64,000 bases of DNA from Gemmatimonadota bacterium (GCA_039586365.1 JBDHKN010000005.1:64001-128000); one strand, 5' to 3'. Counted from the first letter of the stretch, positions 17,682 to 29,054 are shown. Notes: generated from the letters alone by a model not told the origin. Translations and numbers: made by a program.

Positions 17682-18431
17682 ATGGCCGGCCATAGCAAGT
17701 GGAAGCAGATCAAGCACAAGAAGGCCGCACAAGACGCCAAGCGCGGTGCCCGTTTCACCAAGATCATCAAGGAAATCACGATCGCCGCGAGACAGGGCGG
17801 TGGTGATCCTGAGGGCAACCCGCGGCTCCGAACAGCGATCGAGAATGCCAAGGCCAACAACATGCCCGCCGAGAACATCGACCGAGCGATCAAGAAAGGC
17901 ACTGGAGAACTCGAGGGTGTGGTGTACGAGGAGGCGACTTACGAGGGATACGGACCCGGTGGTGCAGCCATCATGGTACAGGTAACGAGCGACAACCTCA
18001 ACCGCACGGTCGCCTCGATCCGCCACCTATTCTCGAAGAATGGTGGTAACCTGGGGGCACCGAACTCCGTGGCCTGGATGTTCGAGAAGAAGGGGCAACT
18101 ATGTCTCGACGCAGCCAAGTATCCCGAGGATGAAGTCTTCGAGTTGGTGCTGGAGGCAGGTGCCGAAGACATCGCCACCGAGGAAGGTCAACACCTAATA
18201 ACTGCTGAACCCACCCAGCTGGAGGCCATACGAGCAGCTTTGGAGGCAAAGGGGATCGTAATCGAAGAAGCCGAGATCGCGCTGATACCCCGGAACACTG
18301 TCAGGGTCGAGAGCAAGGAGGCAGAACAGCTACTCAGGCTAGCAGACGCTCTCGAGGAACACGACGACGTCTCCAAGGTGTTCAGCAATTTCGACATCGA
18401 TCAAGAGACTCTAGCGGCGGTCAGCGGGTGA
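17682..18431 (+). CDS. yebC: YebC/PmpR family protein
   Basis: MAGHSKWKQIKHKK and YEGYGPGG. AAGGAG RBS. Confidence 0.96.
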   Translation: MAGHSKWKQIKHKKAAQDAKRGARFTKIIKEITIAARQGGGDPEGNPRLRTAIENAKANNMPAENIDRAIKKGTGELEGVVYEEATYEGYGPGGAAIMVQVTSDNLNRTVASIRHLFSKNGGNLGAPNSVAWMFEKKGQLCLDAAKYPEDEVFELVLEAGAEDIATEEGQHLITAEPTQLEAIRAALEAKGIVIEEAEIALIPRNTVRVESKEAEQLLRLADALEEHDDVSKVFSNFDIDQETLAAVSG

Positions 18432-18916
18432 CCGTACGTGTGCTGGGGATCGATCCCGGCACGGCCGTCATGGGATATGGCGTAGTCGAGGCCGTGAAAG
18501 GACGGCCTGGACGCCTGGTGGAATGCGGTGTGCTCCGAACAGATGCCCGAGCAGCGGCGGGTGTGAGGCTGGCCGGCATCTACGACGGCGTCGAGCAGCT
18601 CATAGTGCGGCACGGCCCCGCCGCCGTAGCTGTGGAGACATCCTTCTATCGCAAGAACGTGCGTACAACCATTCAACTCGGCCAGGTCCGGGGGGTAGTA
18701 CTACTAGCGGCGGCCAAGGCCGGACTCGATGTGGCGGAGTTCCCTCCCGCCAGCGTGAAGAAGTGTGTGGTCGGAGAGGGACGTGCCACCAAAGACCAGG
18801 TTGGCTACATGGTGCAGCGGCTACTCAGGCTGAAGGAACCGCCTCATCCTGATGACGCGGCTGACGCGTGTGCGATTGCGTTGACTTACCTCATGACTGC
18901 AAGGGCCAGAACGTGA
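18428..18916 (+). CDS. ruvC: Holliday junction resolvase
   Basis: VLGIDPG, AVE and DDAADA catalytic motifs. Confidence 0.96.
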   Translation: MTVRVLGIDPGTAVMGYGVVEAVKGRPGRLVECGVLRTDARAAAGVRLAGIYDGVEQLIVRHGPAAVAVETSFYRKNVRTTIQLGQVRGVVLLAAAKAGLDVAEFPPASVKKCVVGEGRATKDQVGYMVQRLLRLKEPPHPDDAADACAIALTYLMTARART

Positions 18917-19503
18917 TTGCTGCAGTGCGGGGCACACTGCTGGACAAGGCAACTGACAGAGTAGTGGTAGCTACCTCCGGGGGTGTCAGCTACGAGATCG
19001 CAGTGCCACTCGGTGTGCTGGAAAGGCTGCCCCAGATCGGGCAAGAAGTTGATCTCAAAACCGTCCCGATTGTACGGGATGATGGCTGGTCGCTGTATGG
19101 CTTTGATGACGTTGGTGAGAGAATGGTGTTTCAGCGACTCCTCGGAGTGAATGGCGTCGGTCCGCGTCTCGCCCTAGCCATCGTGTCCAGTTTGAGCGGC
19201 CGTGTAATCCACGCAATCAAGGACGGTGATATCGCCACCCTGTATACTGTCCCGGGCGTAGGTAAGAAGACGGCCGAGCGGATCGTACTCGAGTTGAAGG
19301 ACAAGTTGCGAGACATTGGCGCCCCCGACGGGCAGGGTGAAGATCAACTTCCAGCTGAGCAAGCAGTCTTTGCACTGGTCAACCTCGGATACGGAAGTGC
19401 GGAGGCAGATCGTGCCGTACGCACCGTATTGTCAGAGGGAGGACCAGGCAAGCCCGTTGAGCTGATAAGAGCGGCTCTGCAACTACTGACGAGAGGAAAA
19501 TGA
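18913..19503 (+). CDS. ruvA: Holliday junction branch migration protein
   Basis: LYGF, VNGVGPRLA and VPGVGKKTAERIVLELK. GTG start in a GTGA overlap. Confidence 0.96.
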   Translation: MIAAVRGTLLDKATDRVVVATSGGVSYEIAVPLGVLERLPQIGQEVDLKTVPIVRDDGWSLYGFDDVGERMVFQRLLGVNGVGPRLALAIVSSLSGRVIHAIKDGDIATLYTVPGVGKKTAERIVLELKDKLRDIGAPDGQGEDQLPAEQAVFALVNLGYGSAEADRAVRTVLSEGGPGKPVELIRAALQLLTRGK

Positions 19504-19660
19504 AGACAGCGGAATGGGTGTGCACATCGTGTGGCGCTACCAATAGAAAATTGGTCGCCGACCAAACAACTCGAGCCGACGACAGGTGCGTACAATGTCA
19601 CAAGCGGCACTTGATTGAACAGTCCGAGCGACCAGTTCGTTGGCAATCGAAAGAGAAGTC

Positions 19661-20704
19661 GTGACCCGCCCTGAAATCACGACCCCGGAAGTCTTACCCG
19701 AGGAGTCGTCCTCCGAAGCATCGTTGCGACCGCAGCGACTCACGGAGTTCGTCGGACAGGAAGAAGTCAAAACGAGGCTGCAAATCGCCATCGACGCCGC
19801 CCGAAAACGTGGCGAGCAGCTGGATCACACACTCTTCTTCGGCCCACCCGGGTTGGGTAAGACCACGCTGGCCATGATGGTAGCCCGCGAGATGGAAGTG
19901 AACATCCGCACGACAAGCGGACCAGTGCTGGAGAAGTCGGGTGACCTGGTCGGCCTGCTCACGACCTTGCAGCGCGCTGATGTCCTCTTCATCGATGAGA
20001 TCCATAGGCTGCGGCCGACCCTCGAGGAGTTCCTCTATCCCGCGATGGAGGACTTCCACGTGGACGTGCGCCTTGCGGACGGGCCCAACGCACAGACTAT
20101 ACCGATGAAGGTCGAACCCTTCACACTGATCGGTGCATCCACCCGATTCGGCATGCTGACACCTCCAATGCGGGCGCGATTCGGACTCATTGAGCGCCTC
20201 GGCTATTACCCGGCCGAACAGCTTCAGACAATTGTCACCCGTTCAGCCAGAATCCTCAACGTTGCCATCGAGCTTGAGGGAGCACTAGAGATCGCCAGGA
20301 GGAGTCGCGGAACTCCACGGGTGGCAAATCGCCTGCTACGCCGGGTGCGCGACTATGCACAAGTCAAGGCAGACGGCCGCATTACCGAGTTAGTAGCCCG
20401 CGAGGCATTGCTGGGCCTCAACGTCGACGAGTATGGACTCGACGACATGGATGGACGAATCCTGAAGATGATCATTGAGAAGTTCGATGGCGGTCCGGTT
20501 GGTCTGAACACAATTGCCGTTGCTGTCGGCGAGGATCCTGGTACATTGGAAGAGGTCTACGAGCCGTTCCTCATCCAGCAGGGTTTTCTGCACCGCACTC
20601 CACGGGGCCGGGCAGCGACGCCGGCGGCCTATCGACACTTTGGTTACACACCCCCAGTTGGCAACACCCAAGCGGGGTTCTTCGATGACGGGCCGAGTGC
20701 CTAG
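19661..20704 (+). CDS. ruvB: Holliday junction branch migration ATPase
   Basis: [20 protein letters not shown] and [12 protein letters not shown]. Confidence 0.97.
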   Translation: MTRPEITTPEVLPEESSSEASLRPQRLTEFVGQEEVKTRLQIAIDAARKRGEQLDHTLFFGPPGLGKTTLAMMVAREMEVNIRTTSGPVLEKSGDLVGLLTTLQRADVLFIDEIHRLRPTLEEFLYPAMEDFHVDVRLADGPNAQTIPMKVEPFTLIGASTRFGMLTPPMRARFGLIERLGYYPAEQLQTIVTRSARILNVAIELEGALEIARRSRGTPRVANRLLRRVRDYAQVKADGRITELVAREALLGLNVDEYGLDDMDGRILKMIIEKFDGGPVGLNTIAVAVGEDPGTLEEVYEPFLIQQGFLHRTPRGRAATPAAYRHFGYTPPVGNTQAGFFDDGPSA

Positions 20705-21731
20705 ACGCCACCGTACGTGCGACTTCGAATACGAGTACCCCCCCGAAGCCATCGCTCAGCGGCCTCTCTCAGAACGAAGTGCGAGCCGGCTCATGGTCGT
20801 CAATCGTGCTACCGGATCTGTCGAACACCGTTCGTTTAGCAGTTTCCCCACTCTGGCCCAGCCAGGTGACGTGCTGGTCATCAACGTCAGTCGAGTGATG
20901 AAGGCGCGCTTGCGGGGAGTGCGGGAGAACGGGCGTGAAGCCGAAATTCTCCTAACGAGTATGACAGACGACGGCACGTGGCTGGCAATGGTGCACCCTG
21001 GTGGGAAGCTCAAGGTTGGTCGCAAGGTGCAGTTCGGAGACGACTCCGTTGCGGAGGTTGTCGAGGTGGTGGGTGGCGGGTTGAGACGGATCAGGCTGTC
21101 GGGATCCCTGACCGGAGCAGAGTTGATGCAGCGTTATGGATCGGTGCCGTTACCTCCTTACATAAATCGTACACCTGAGGTATCAGACGAGGTCAGCTAC
21201 CAGACAGTGTATGCGAGGGAAGACGGCAGCGTGGCCGCTCCCACTGCTGGCCTACACTTCACCGAAAGGATCCTGGCACAGCTTCGCGAGCATGGCGTAT
21301 TGACAGCAGAGGTGCTGTTGCACATTGGCCCAGGAACCTTCAAGCCGGTGGAGGCAGACGACCCGGGGAACCACAGGATGCACTCCGAGTGGTACTCGGT
21401 CTCTGAGGAAGCAGCGGGATTGGTCGGTCGAGCAAGGCAGAACGGGAACAGGGTGTGGGCAGTTGGCACCACGTCGGCCCGCGTGTTGGAGGCGTTGGGT
21501 GCCAGCGGTGGAGTACGGGCGTCCAGCGGCTGGACGGATCTCTTCATCCGTCCTCCTTACCAGTTCCAGATCGTAGACGCTTTGCTGACCAACTTCCACT
21601 TGCCCCGATCTACCCTGCTCATGCTGGTGGCAGCGTTCGCCGGATACGACACCGTGATGAATTCATACCGGGAGGCGATAGCCCGTGGATACCGCCTGTA
21701 CAGCTACGGCGACGCGATGGCAATCGTGTGA
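20685..21731 (+). CDS. queA: S-adenosylmethionine:tRNA ribosyltransferase-isomerase
   Basis: [32 protein letters not shown] and SYGDAM. Confidence 0.96.
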   Translation: MTGRVPRRHRTCDFEYEYPPEAIAQRPLSERSASRLMVVNRATGSVEHRSFSSFPTLAQPGDVLVINVSRVMKARLRGVRENGREAEILLTSMTDDGTWLAMVHPGGKLKVGRKVQFGDDSVAEVVEVVGGGLRRIRLSGSLTGAELMQRYGSVPLPPYINRTPEVSDEVSYQTVYAREDGSVAAPTAGLHFTERILAQLREHGVLTAEVLLHIGPGTFKPVEADDPGNHRMHSEWYSVSEEAAGLVGRARQNGNRVWAVGTTSARVLEALGASGGVRASSGWTDLFIRPPYQFQIVDALLTNFHLPRSTLLMLVAAFAGYDTVMNSYREAIARGYRLYSYGDAMAIV

Positions 21732-22867
21732 CTGTGTTCGAGTTTCGGATCGATAGCACGGATGGGTATGCACGGGCTGGAACTCTGAGTCTGCCGCACG
21801 GGGAGATCACGACTCCGGCGTTCATGCCAGTTGGTACTCAGGGGACTGTGCGGGCATTGTCACCGTTCGACCTCGAGGCTGTGGGCGCCCGGGTAGTCCT
21901 TGCTAACACTTACCATCTGCATGTGCGCCCTGGCGAGGATGTAGTGGCTCAGCTGGGCGGACTACACCGATTCATGGCATGGCCACACCCCATCCTCACC
22001 GACTCCGGCGGATTCCAGGTCTTTTCTCTGGCAGGGTTTCGCAAAGTCGACGAGGACGGCGTCGAGTTCCAATCCCACGTCGACGGACAGAGACGCAAAC
22101 TGACACCGGAAAGGGCTGTCGAGATACAGTGGTCTTTGGGAGCCGACATCGCGATGGCTTTCGACCACGTAGTCCCGGGCCAGGTCGATCACACTACAGC
22201 CTCAGATGCACTGGAACGAACATCACGGTGGCTCGAACGCTGTATCTCTAGACACGAATCGTTGTCAGCCCAGGCTTCGGACAGACAGACCTTGTGGCCG
22301 ATTCTTCAAGGGGCCACGTTCAGCGATCTGAGGCAGATTGGACTGGGGCATGTCACGTCCCTCGCTGACTGGACGGGATTGGCCGTTGGCGGCCTGGCTG
22401 TCGGTGAGCCAAAGGAGATCACGCTAGGCTTACTGGACGGACTGGCTGAGTCGCTTCCAGTCCCGATTCCCCGTTATCTTATGGGTGTCGGCTTCCCCGA
22501 AGACCTGCTACAGGCCGTTGCACGGGGTCTGGATCTCTTCGACTGCGTTGCTCCCACCCGGAACGGACGTAACGGCACCGCGTTCACACCGGATGGACCT
22601 ATCAACATCAGGAACGCAGCCTACCGCCGTGATCCCGCCCCGTTAGATGCGTCCTGTGAATGCGAGGCGTGTCGAACATACAGCCGCGGCTATCTGCGGC
22701 ACCTGTTCGCAGCGGATGAGTTACTCGGGTTGAGATTGCTATCGCTGCACAATGTCCGATTCCTGATCGCACTCTCTGAGGAAGCCGGTGGACAGGTTGC
22801 GGCTGGCCGATTCGCATCGTGGAGCCGCGAGTGGATAACTAGGTACAACGCGCGAGGAAAGCCGTGA
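21728..22867 (+). CDS. tgt: tRNA-guanine transglycosylase
   Basis: TPAFMPVGT, NTYHL, LTDSGGFQVFSL, DCVAPTR and the CECEAC zinc site. Confidence 0.96.
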   Translation: MTVFEFRIDSTDGYARAGTLSLPHGEITTPAFMPVGTQGTVRALSPFDLEAVGARVVLANTYHLHVRPGEDVVAQLGGLHRFMAWPHPILTDSGGFQVFSLAGFRKVDEDGVEFQSHVDGQRRKLTPERAVEIQWSLGADIAMAFDHVVPGQVDHTTASDALERTSRWLERCISRHESLSAQASDRQTLWPILQGATFSDLRQIGLGHVTSLADWTGLAVGGLAVGEPKEITLGLLDGLAESLPVPIPRYLMGVGFPEDLLQAVARGLDLFDCVAPTRNGRNGTAFTPDGPINIRNAAYRRDPAPLDASCECEACRTYSRGYLRHLFAADELLGLRLLSLHNVRFLIALSEEAGGQVAAGRFASWSREWITRYNARGKP

Positions 22868-23196
22868 GACTTGACGCCCTCTTTTTGTTCACACCGGCCG
22901 GGGGGTCCCCCGGTGGCGGTATGGCAATATTCCTATTTCAGATGTTGGCGATCCTCGGCATCTTCTACTTCCTGATCATTCGACCCAAAGTGCAGCAGGA
23001 GAAGAAGCATCGTGAGCGTCTGCAGCAGATCAAGCGCGGTGACGAAATCGTGACTGCTGGAGGCATAGTTGGTGAGGTTGTGCACGTCAAAGACGACAAG
23101 CTCACTCTGAAGAGCGGAGAGGCCCGCTTGGTCGTGCAGCGGGAGCGGGTTGCCGACGTTCGATCACCTGGAGAGACACCCGAGAGAAGCAAGTGA
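22864..23196 (+). CDS. yajC: Preprotein translocase subunit YajC
   Basis: FYFLIIRP and GDEIVTAGGIVG. Conserved queA-tgt-yajC order. Confidence 0.94.
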   Translation: MRLDALFLFTPAGGSPGGGMAIFLFQMLAILGIFYFLIIRPKVQQEKKHRERLQQIKRGDEIVTAGGIVGEVVHVKDDKLTLKSGEARLVVQRERVADVRSPGETPERSK

Positions 23197-23729
23197 CTAT
23201 CCGGACAATTCACCTTCTGGGCTCGCCGGTCCTCCGCCAGCGTGCCACGGAGGTAAGGCAGATCGACGATGAGGTGCGGCAACTGGTTGCAGACCTCTTC
23301 GAAACGATGCGAGCAGACGACGGAATTGGACTCGCCTCCAACCAGGTTGGTGAGACGCGACGAGTGGCCGTGGTGGAAGCGGGGGAAGACCCACCGGTCG
23401 TGTTGATAGATCCTGTAATAGTCGAGCAGGAAGGCAAGATCCGCGGTGAGGAAGGCTGTCTATCGATTCCCGAGATCTTCGGCGACGTCGACCGCTCTGC
23501 AGAGATTGTGGTAGAGACTACCTCACTCGAGGGCGAACGGGTGCGGATAGCAGCCTCCGATCTCTGTTCGCGCGCCATTCAACATGAGATCGACCACCTC
23601 GACGGCATCCTGTTTCTCGATCACCTGAGCCCGCTCAAGCGCCGCATGCTGATGAAGAAGTGGAAGAAGCTGCGCAAGGGGAAGACAGGCTACCTCAAGG
23701 AAGTTGCGTCGGCACTGGGGAAGGGCTAG
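23193..23729 (+). CDS. def: Peptide deformylase
   Basis: GIGLASNQ, EGCLS and QHEIDHLDG. Confidence 0.96.
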   Translation: MTIRTIHLLGSPVLRQRATEVRQIDDEVRQLVADLFETMRADDGIGLASNQVGETRRVAVVEAGEDPPVVLIDPVIVEQEGKIRGEEGCLSIPEIFGDVDRSAEIVVETTSLEGERVRIAASDLCSRAIQHEIDHLDGILFLDHLSPLKRRMLMKKWKKLRKGKTGYLKEVASALGKG

Positions 23730-23732
23730 AGG

Positions 23733-24665
23733 GTGCGACTCGTCTTTTTCGGGACTCCCGATTTCGCGGTACCGTCGCTCAGGGCCCTGGTGGAGGAGGG
23801 CTTCAACGTGGAGTTAGTGGTGACCCGACCTGACCGACCCCAGGGCCGCCATCGCTCCAAGCTCGTACCTCCTCCCGTCAAGGCCGTGGCCCTGGACATG
23901 GAACTGCCGGTACTCCAGCCGGAACGGCCTACTGAACCGGAGTTCATGGAGCACTTGCAGGCGCTCAAGCCCGGATTGGGCGTGGTGGTGGGGTATGGTC
24001 ACATTCTCACGCCTGCGCTCCTCGACCTTCCACCCAAGGGTATGATCAACGTGCACGCTTCGCTCTTGCCCCACCTCCGAGGTGCGGCACCCATCGAGCA
24101 CGCGATTCTTAACGGTGATTGTGAAACCGGTGTGACGATCATGCAAATGGAACCGGAGTTGGACACGGGGCCGATCATACACCAAGTGGCCACTCCCATC
24201 GCTCCAGATGAAACCGGTGGAGAACTCACCGCCCGACTTGCCGAGCTCGGAGCGCTTGCGCTGGTGGAGGCTCTCACACTCATCGAAACCGACACCGCCG
24301 AGCTACATCAACAGGACCATGCGGAAGCCTCGTACGCTCCCAAACTCGGTGCGGAAATGGCCCGCATAGTCTGGGACCGGCCGGCCGATGAGATCGCTCG
24401 ACTGGTCAGAGCACTCGATCCCAGGGTTGGCGCACGTACCACTCTGGGTGACCGTGAGGTGAAGCTCTTCGGACCCAGGCTAGCAGACGAATCGAGAGAA
24501 GACAGCATCCCCGGAGAGATTCTGGAGACCGATCCGGCACTGATAGTCGCTACTGGACAGGGTGCCCTCCAGTTCCTCGACGTCCAACCAGCGGGGCGCC
24601 AGCGCATGGCAGCCACGGCTTGGGTGAGAGGCAAGAACGCCAAGAGAGGTGACCGGTTCGAGTGA
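23733..24665 (+). CDS. fmt: Methionyl-tRNA formyltransferase
   Basis: FFGTPDFA, NVHASLLP..RGAAPI and LDTG. Confidence 0.96.
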   Translation: MRLVFFGTPDFAVPSLRALVEEGFNVELVVTRPDRPQGRHRSKLVPPPVKAVALDMELPVLQPERPTEPEFMEHLQALKPGLGVVVGYGHILTPALLDLPPKGMINVHASLLPHLRGAAPIEHAILNGDCETGVTIMQMEPELDTGPIIHQVATPIAPDETGGELTARLAELGALALVEALTLIETDTAELHQQDHAEASYAPKLGAEMARIVWDRPADEIARLVRALDPRVGARTTLGDREVKLFGPRLADESREDSIPGEILETDPALIVATGQGALQFLDVQPAGRQRMAATAWVRGKNAKRGDRFE

Positions 24666-25276
24666 ACCGGAGTCTGCCACCACTCCACGCCGTCACCAAT
24701 AGCACGATACTCGGGCTGACGGATTTCCAGCGGCGGGCGACCGAAATCGCCCGGTCTCTCCAGGTCGCACTCCATATCCGGACCGATTCATTGGGTGCAC
24801 GTCGTCTCACCGAGTTGACTCTTACAGCAAAGACCATCTGCAGCGCCAGGGGCGCTCACATCTTCGTGAATGATCGCGTCGATATCGCCTTAGCTTCGGC
24901 CGCCGATGGCATCCATCTCCCGGGCGGAGGCATCCCGACCACATACGTACGTGAGTTGATCGGCCCAGATGTGTGGATTGGCCGGTCTACCCACAGCGTT
25001 GACGAGGCTCTGGTGGCGCAAGATGAGGGAGTTGACTACGTGTTTCTAGGCCCCATTTGGCCCACAACGTCGCACCCGGGACGGCCTGCTCTGGGCACAG
25101 GAGCAATATCAGGTGCCAGAACGGCCCGCGTGATCGCCATTGGCGGTGTGACACCGGAGAGAGTTCAACCCGCTATGGACGCAGGAGCTTATGGTGTGGC
25201 GGCTATCTCCGGGCTCTGGTTGGCACCGGATAGCGGTGCGGCCGTTGAGCGGATGCTGCTATCTTTTGATTCATGA
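24662..25276 (+). CDS. thiE: Thiamine-phosphate synthase (ThiE/TenI family)
   Basis: VNDRVDIA, GIHL, GRSTH, GPIWPTTSH and AIGG. Could be a TenI-like member. Confidence 0.8.
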   Translation: MNRSLPPLHAVTNSTILGLTDFQRRATEIARSLQVALHIRTDSLGARRLTELTLTAKTICSARGAHIFVNDRVDIALASAADGIHLPGGGIPTTYVRELIGPDVWIGRSTHSVDEALVAQDEGVDYVFLGPIWPTTSHPGRPALGTGAISGARTARVIAIGGVTPERVQPAMDAGAYGVAAISGLWLAPDSGAAVERMLLSFDS

Positions 25277-25485
25277 GCGGAATGATCAGGGTTGTCGTCA
25301 ATGGACAGGAACGAGACATCGATCGTTCTTCTACCGGCTTGGATCTGCTCCGAGTACTCGAATTGGATCCGCGTACTGTCGTTGTGGAACTGAACGAGGA
25401 AATCGTACGACGACCATCGTTGAGTGAGATTCGGCTGCGCGACGGCGACCGCATTGAGATTGTGCATTTCGTGGGGGGCGGCTGA
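25273..25485 (+). CDS. thiS: Sulfur carrier protein ThiS
   Basis: Ubiquitin-like size with C-terminal EIVHFVGGG. Confidence 0.95.
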   Translation: MSGMIRVVVNGQERDIDRSSTGLDLLRVLELDPRTVVVELNEEIVRRPSLSEIRLRDGDRIEIVHFVGGG

Positions 25486-25505
25486 GTATCCGTCTGGAGC
25501 AAGCG

Positions 25506-26303
25506 ATGACAACAAGTGCTACAACGACTGTTGACAGACCACTCACCATAGGCGGCCGCGAGTTCCGGTCGCGCCTCATGGTGGGAACCGGAAAGTACCA
25601 GAACAACACGACCATGGTCGAGGCTATTGAGGCCTCGGGCGCTGAGACGATTACCGTCGCCGTTCGGCGGGTCGACCTCGATCGGAGTAAGCAAGAAGGA
25701 ATTCTGTACCACCTGGACCCCGCCCGCTTCTTTTTGCTGGCCAACACCGCTGGATGCTACACAGCCAACGATGCGATCCGGTACGCCAGACTCGCGCGGG
25801 AAGCCGGCTTCAATGAATTCATCAAGCTCGAAGTCATTGGTGACGAGGAAACCCTCTTTCCTGATGTAGCAGGACTCCTGGAAGCAGCAGAGGTGTTGGT
25901 GAGGGAAGGCTTCAAGGTAATGGCGTATACCAATGATGACCTAATCACTGCTCTCCGACTTGAGGATGCTGGATGTGCGGCAGTCATGCCTTTGGCTTCA
26001 CCGATCGGTAGCGGCCTGGGACTCGTCAATCCTTACACGATTCGGATTATCAAACGTCGGCTGTCGGTGCCGGTGATAGTTGACGCTGGTGTCGGTACAG
26101 CTTCTGACGCGTGCGTCACAATGGAGCAGGGTGTCGACGGTGTTCTCATGAACACGGCGCTGGCAGCAGCGGCAGACCCTGTTGCGATGGGGAGAGCAAT
26201 GAAGTGCGCAGTCGAGGCTGGCCGTCTCGCTTTCTTGGCCGGGCGGATGAAGCAGCGCGAAATTGCTGTACCATCCAGCCCAACCAAAGGTATGCTCGGA
26301 TAG
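25506..26303 (+). CDS. thiG: Thiazole synthase
   Basis: [25 protein letters not shown] and VDAGVG. Confidence 0.97.
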   Translation: MTTSATTTVDRPLTIGGREFRSRLMVGTGKYQNNTTMVEAIEASGAETITVAVRRVDLDRSKQEGILYHLDPARFFLLANTAGCYTANDAIRYARLAREAGFNEFIKLEVIGDEETLFPDVAGLLEAAEVLVREGFKVMAYTNDDLITALRLEDAGCAAVMPLASPIGSGLGLVNPYTIRIIKRRLSVPVIVDAGVGTASDACVTMEQGVDGVLMNTALAAAADPVAMGRAMKCAVEAGRLAFLAGRMKQREIAVPSSPTKGMLG

Positions 26304-27569
26304 GTGGCACAGGGAACGGCCGCCCGACAAGCCGCACTCAGCATCCTTCGAGGTGTGCGCACTGGGCAGCCTTTTGACGTAGCGCAACTGGCTGCCGTGG
26401 CAGGGCTGTCAGATTCTGACCGTCGGTTGGCCCACGAAATAGCCGCTGGGGTGCTGCGCGGGCGAACTGAACTCGACCGGCGGCTCCGGCCTTTGGTCTC
26501 GCGTGACTGGAACAGCACAGAACCCGATTTGAAGGACCTACTGCGCATCGGCACCTATCAACTGATGCAACTGAATCGCGTCCCGCCTTATGCAGCCGTT
26601 CAGGCGACGGTGGAGGTTGCCAAAGAGGTCAGAGGTCCTAGGGGAGCTGGATTGGTCAACGCCGTGTTGCGGCGGGTTTCTCTGGATAGAGCACAACCGC
26701 CGCAGCACGGCCAGGGGCGGGACGCCAAGGGGCTCGCCGCCGAGTACTCGCATCCGACCTGGCTCGTTGAGCGGTGGACTCGGCAGTTCGGCCTAGAACG
26801 AACCAGGGCGCTGTTGGAGCACAACAACCGCCGGCCACCGCTCGTCATCCAGCCAGTGAGGTGGTCGCTGGAGAGACTGCAAAATCAGCTGCGGGCTGAG
26901 GGAGTATCGTTCTCTGCAGCGCCTGGCGGCGCGGGCCTGACGGTGGAACGGAGCCGAGTCGAGCGACTCCCAGGGTATGATGTGGGAGGTTTCATAGTGC
27001 AGGATGCCGCTCAGGCTCTGCTCCTTGAGTACGCCAAGATACCAGAGCACGCGATCGTGTGGGACGTCTGCGCGGCACCTGGAGGGAAGACAGCGGTGAT
27101 GAGCCGCAGAAGTCGGGTGATAGCGTCAGAACTGAAACGGGACAGGCTCCCCCGTCTCAGAGAGACCCTTGCACGAACGGCTCCAGGCGTACCAGTCTTC
27201 CTGGCGGACGCCCGCCATCCACCGCTGGCACCGATGACTATGGACGTAACGGTGATCGACGCCCCATGCTCGGCAACAGGGACTATGGGACGACATCCGG
27301 ATGGTCGCTGGCGCATCACTGAGCGGAGTATTACCAGAATGGCCCTCAGGCAAGCTACATTGCTCGAAGGAGCCTGCACGACAGTCCGCACTGGTGGTAT
27401 GATCGTCTACCTTACCTGCTCGCTCGAGCCGGAAGAAGATGGTGAGCAGGTGGATTTATTCCTTGAACGGCATAGCTCGTTTGAACGCGACCGCGATGAC
27501 CTACTCGTCTTCCCACCCGATACAGGAACGGATGGCGGTTTTGGGGCCTGCATGAGACGTGTGCGATGA
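26304..27569 (+). CDS. rsmB: 16S rRNA m5C967 methyltransferase (NusB-like N-terminus)
   Basis: VNAVLR, SHP.W, DVCAAPGGKT, DAPCSATG and YLTCS. Confidence 0.92.
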   Translation: MAQGTAARQAALSILRGVRTGQPFDVAQLAAVAGLSDSDRRLAHEIAAGVLRGRTELDRRLRPLVSRDWNSTEPDLKDLLRIGTYQLMQLNRVPPYAAVQATVEVAKEVRGPRGAGLVNAVLRRVSLDRAQPPQHGQGRDAKGLAAEYSHPTWLVERWTRQFGLERTRALLEHNNRRPPLVIQPVRWSLERLQNQLRAEGVSFSAAPGGAGLTVERSRVERLPGYDVGGFIVQDAAQALLLEYAKIPEHAIVWDVCAAPGGKTAVMSRRSRVIASELKRDRLPRLRETLARTAPGVPVFLADARHPPLAPMTMDVTVIDAPCSATGTMGRHPDGRWRITERSITRMALRQATLLEGACTTVRTGGMIVYLTCSLEPEEDGEQVDLFLERHSSFERDRDDLLVFPPDTGTDGGFGACMRRVR

Positions 27570-28387
27570 AGTTCCGGAGACACCGACCCCAGTCGTTCGA
27601 GTTGCGGTGGAGAAGTTGGTTCCGCTCGCTGCGGGGGATTGGGCATCTGTGGAACGGTCAGATGGACCGAAGGCGTCGACTCATTGTGGGCGCGTCCGCG
27701 ATTGCAGCAATGTTCCTTTTCGGGTACACAGTTGCGGCCATACTCCTCTTCCCAGCCCCGATTTTCCAGCGCAATCAGGACGTCCCACGAGTCATAGGCC
27801 TCAACTTGGACGACGCGCGGGAGGCCATCGAGCAAGCGCTTCTGGTGGCAAGCGACACGGACGTGGTTTCGCACCCCGAGGCACCATACGGTCAAGTAGT
27901 ATGGCAGGATCCGCCACCCAATGTGGCCGCACCCCGGGGATCGGGGGTAGCTCTATGGGTGAGCCGAGGGCCTCGACCAGTGCCGGTCCCGGATGTCACT
28001 GGATACGAACAGGCTCTCGCGGCGGGCCTAATAGAAGCAGCGGGCCTCCGGGTGGCCAGGATCGACACAAGCGTCGCCCCTCAGGAACGGGGAGTTGTCG
28101 TGAATACCCGTCCCCCAGCCGGCCAGAGTCTCGTTCCCGGAGAAGGTGTGATTCTGTTTGTGAGTGTGGGAGCTCCCACGATAGCTGTCCCCGAACTAGG
28201 CGGCTTCACCCTGGATGAGGCGCGGGAGGCTCTCGAAGAACTCGGATTGGTCCTGGGTTCAACTCGTACCCGCCGCACTCCCGGTGGCGCGCCCGGCTTG
28301 ATTATCGGGCAGGAGCCCGCGGCAGGAACGTTGAGCGCCCCGGGTGCAGCGGTGAATGTTATAGTAATACGAGGAGAACGCCCGTGA
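27566..28387 (+). CDS. Membrane-anchored PASTA-repeat protein (about 3 repeats, no kinase domain)
   Basis: One TM helix, then repeats VPRVIG, VPDVTG and VPELGG, each followed by a Q.P..G...V.L.VS pattern. Confidence 0.88.
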   Translation: MKFRRHRPQSFELRWRSWFRSLRGIGHLWNGQMDRRRRLIVGASAIAAMFLFGYTVAAILLFPAPIFQRNQDVPRVIGLNLDDAREAIEQALLVASDTDVVSHPEAPYGQVVWQDPPPNVAAPRGSGVALWVSRGPRPVPVPDVTGYEQALAAGLIEAAGLRVARIDTSVAPQERGVVVNTRPPAGQSLVPGEGVILFVSVGAPTIAVPELGGFTLDEAREALEELGLVLGSTRTRRTPGGAPGLIIGQEPAAGTLSAPGAAVNVIVIRGERP

Positions 28388-29052
28388 GTGATGTCCATAT
28401 CGCACCCAGTATTCTAAGCGCCGATCTCGCGAGGCTTGCCGACGAGATAGCCGCCGTAGAGGCAGGGGGAGCAGACTGGATCCACGTGGACGTGATGGAC
28501 GGTCACTTCGTCCCGAATCTCACCGTTGGGTCGGGACTAGTGGCAGCGCTGCGACGCATTACCGAGCTGCCAATCGACGTCCATCTCATGGTCGAGCGAC
28601 CAGAATGGTACATCGCACCATTCGCCGATGCCGGAGCCTCAGTCTTCACGCTACATCCTGAAACCACGGCCCACGTACAGCGGCACCTGGATCAGGTCAA
28701 AGCTTGCGGAATGTTGGCAGGTTTGGCGTTGAATCCTGGTACTCCGTTGGACTATGCACTTGAAGTGATTGCAGACTTAGACCTAATCTTGATCATGACG
28801 GTCAATCCGGGATTCCCTGCTCAGAAGTACATCCCATCCGCCACGAACAAGATTTTCCGGGCTCGCCAACTGTTGGACAGCCACGGTAGTCACGCGCGCC
28901 TCGAAGTCGACGGGGGGATCTCGCGGCACACAATCGGAGAAGCCCGCCGGGCCGGAGCCAATACGTTCGTCGTTGGCTCCGCGATATTTGACTCAGACAA
29001 CCCGACCGGCGAAGTGCAAGAGCTTCGCAGTCGGTGCTTTCAAGTGGTGTAA
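28384..29052 (+). CDS. rpe: Ribulose-phosphate 3-epimerase
   Basis: IAPSILSAD, HVDVMDGHFVPN, DVHLM and EVDGG. Confidence 0.97.
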   Translation: MSDVHIAPSILSADLARLADEIAAVEAGGADWIHVDVMDGHFVPNLTVGSGLVAALRRITELPIDVHLMVERPEWYIAPFADAGASVFTLHPETTAHVQRHLDQVKACGMLAGLALNPGTPLDYALEVIADLDLILIMTVNPGFPAQKYIPSATNKIFRARQLLDSHGSHARLEVDGGISRHTIGEARRAGANTFVVGSAIFDSDNPTGEVQELRSRCFQVV

Positions 29053-29054
29053 TC

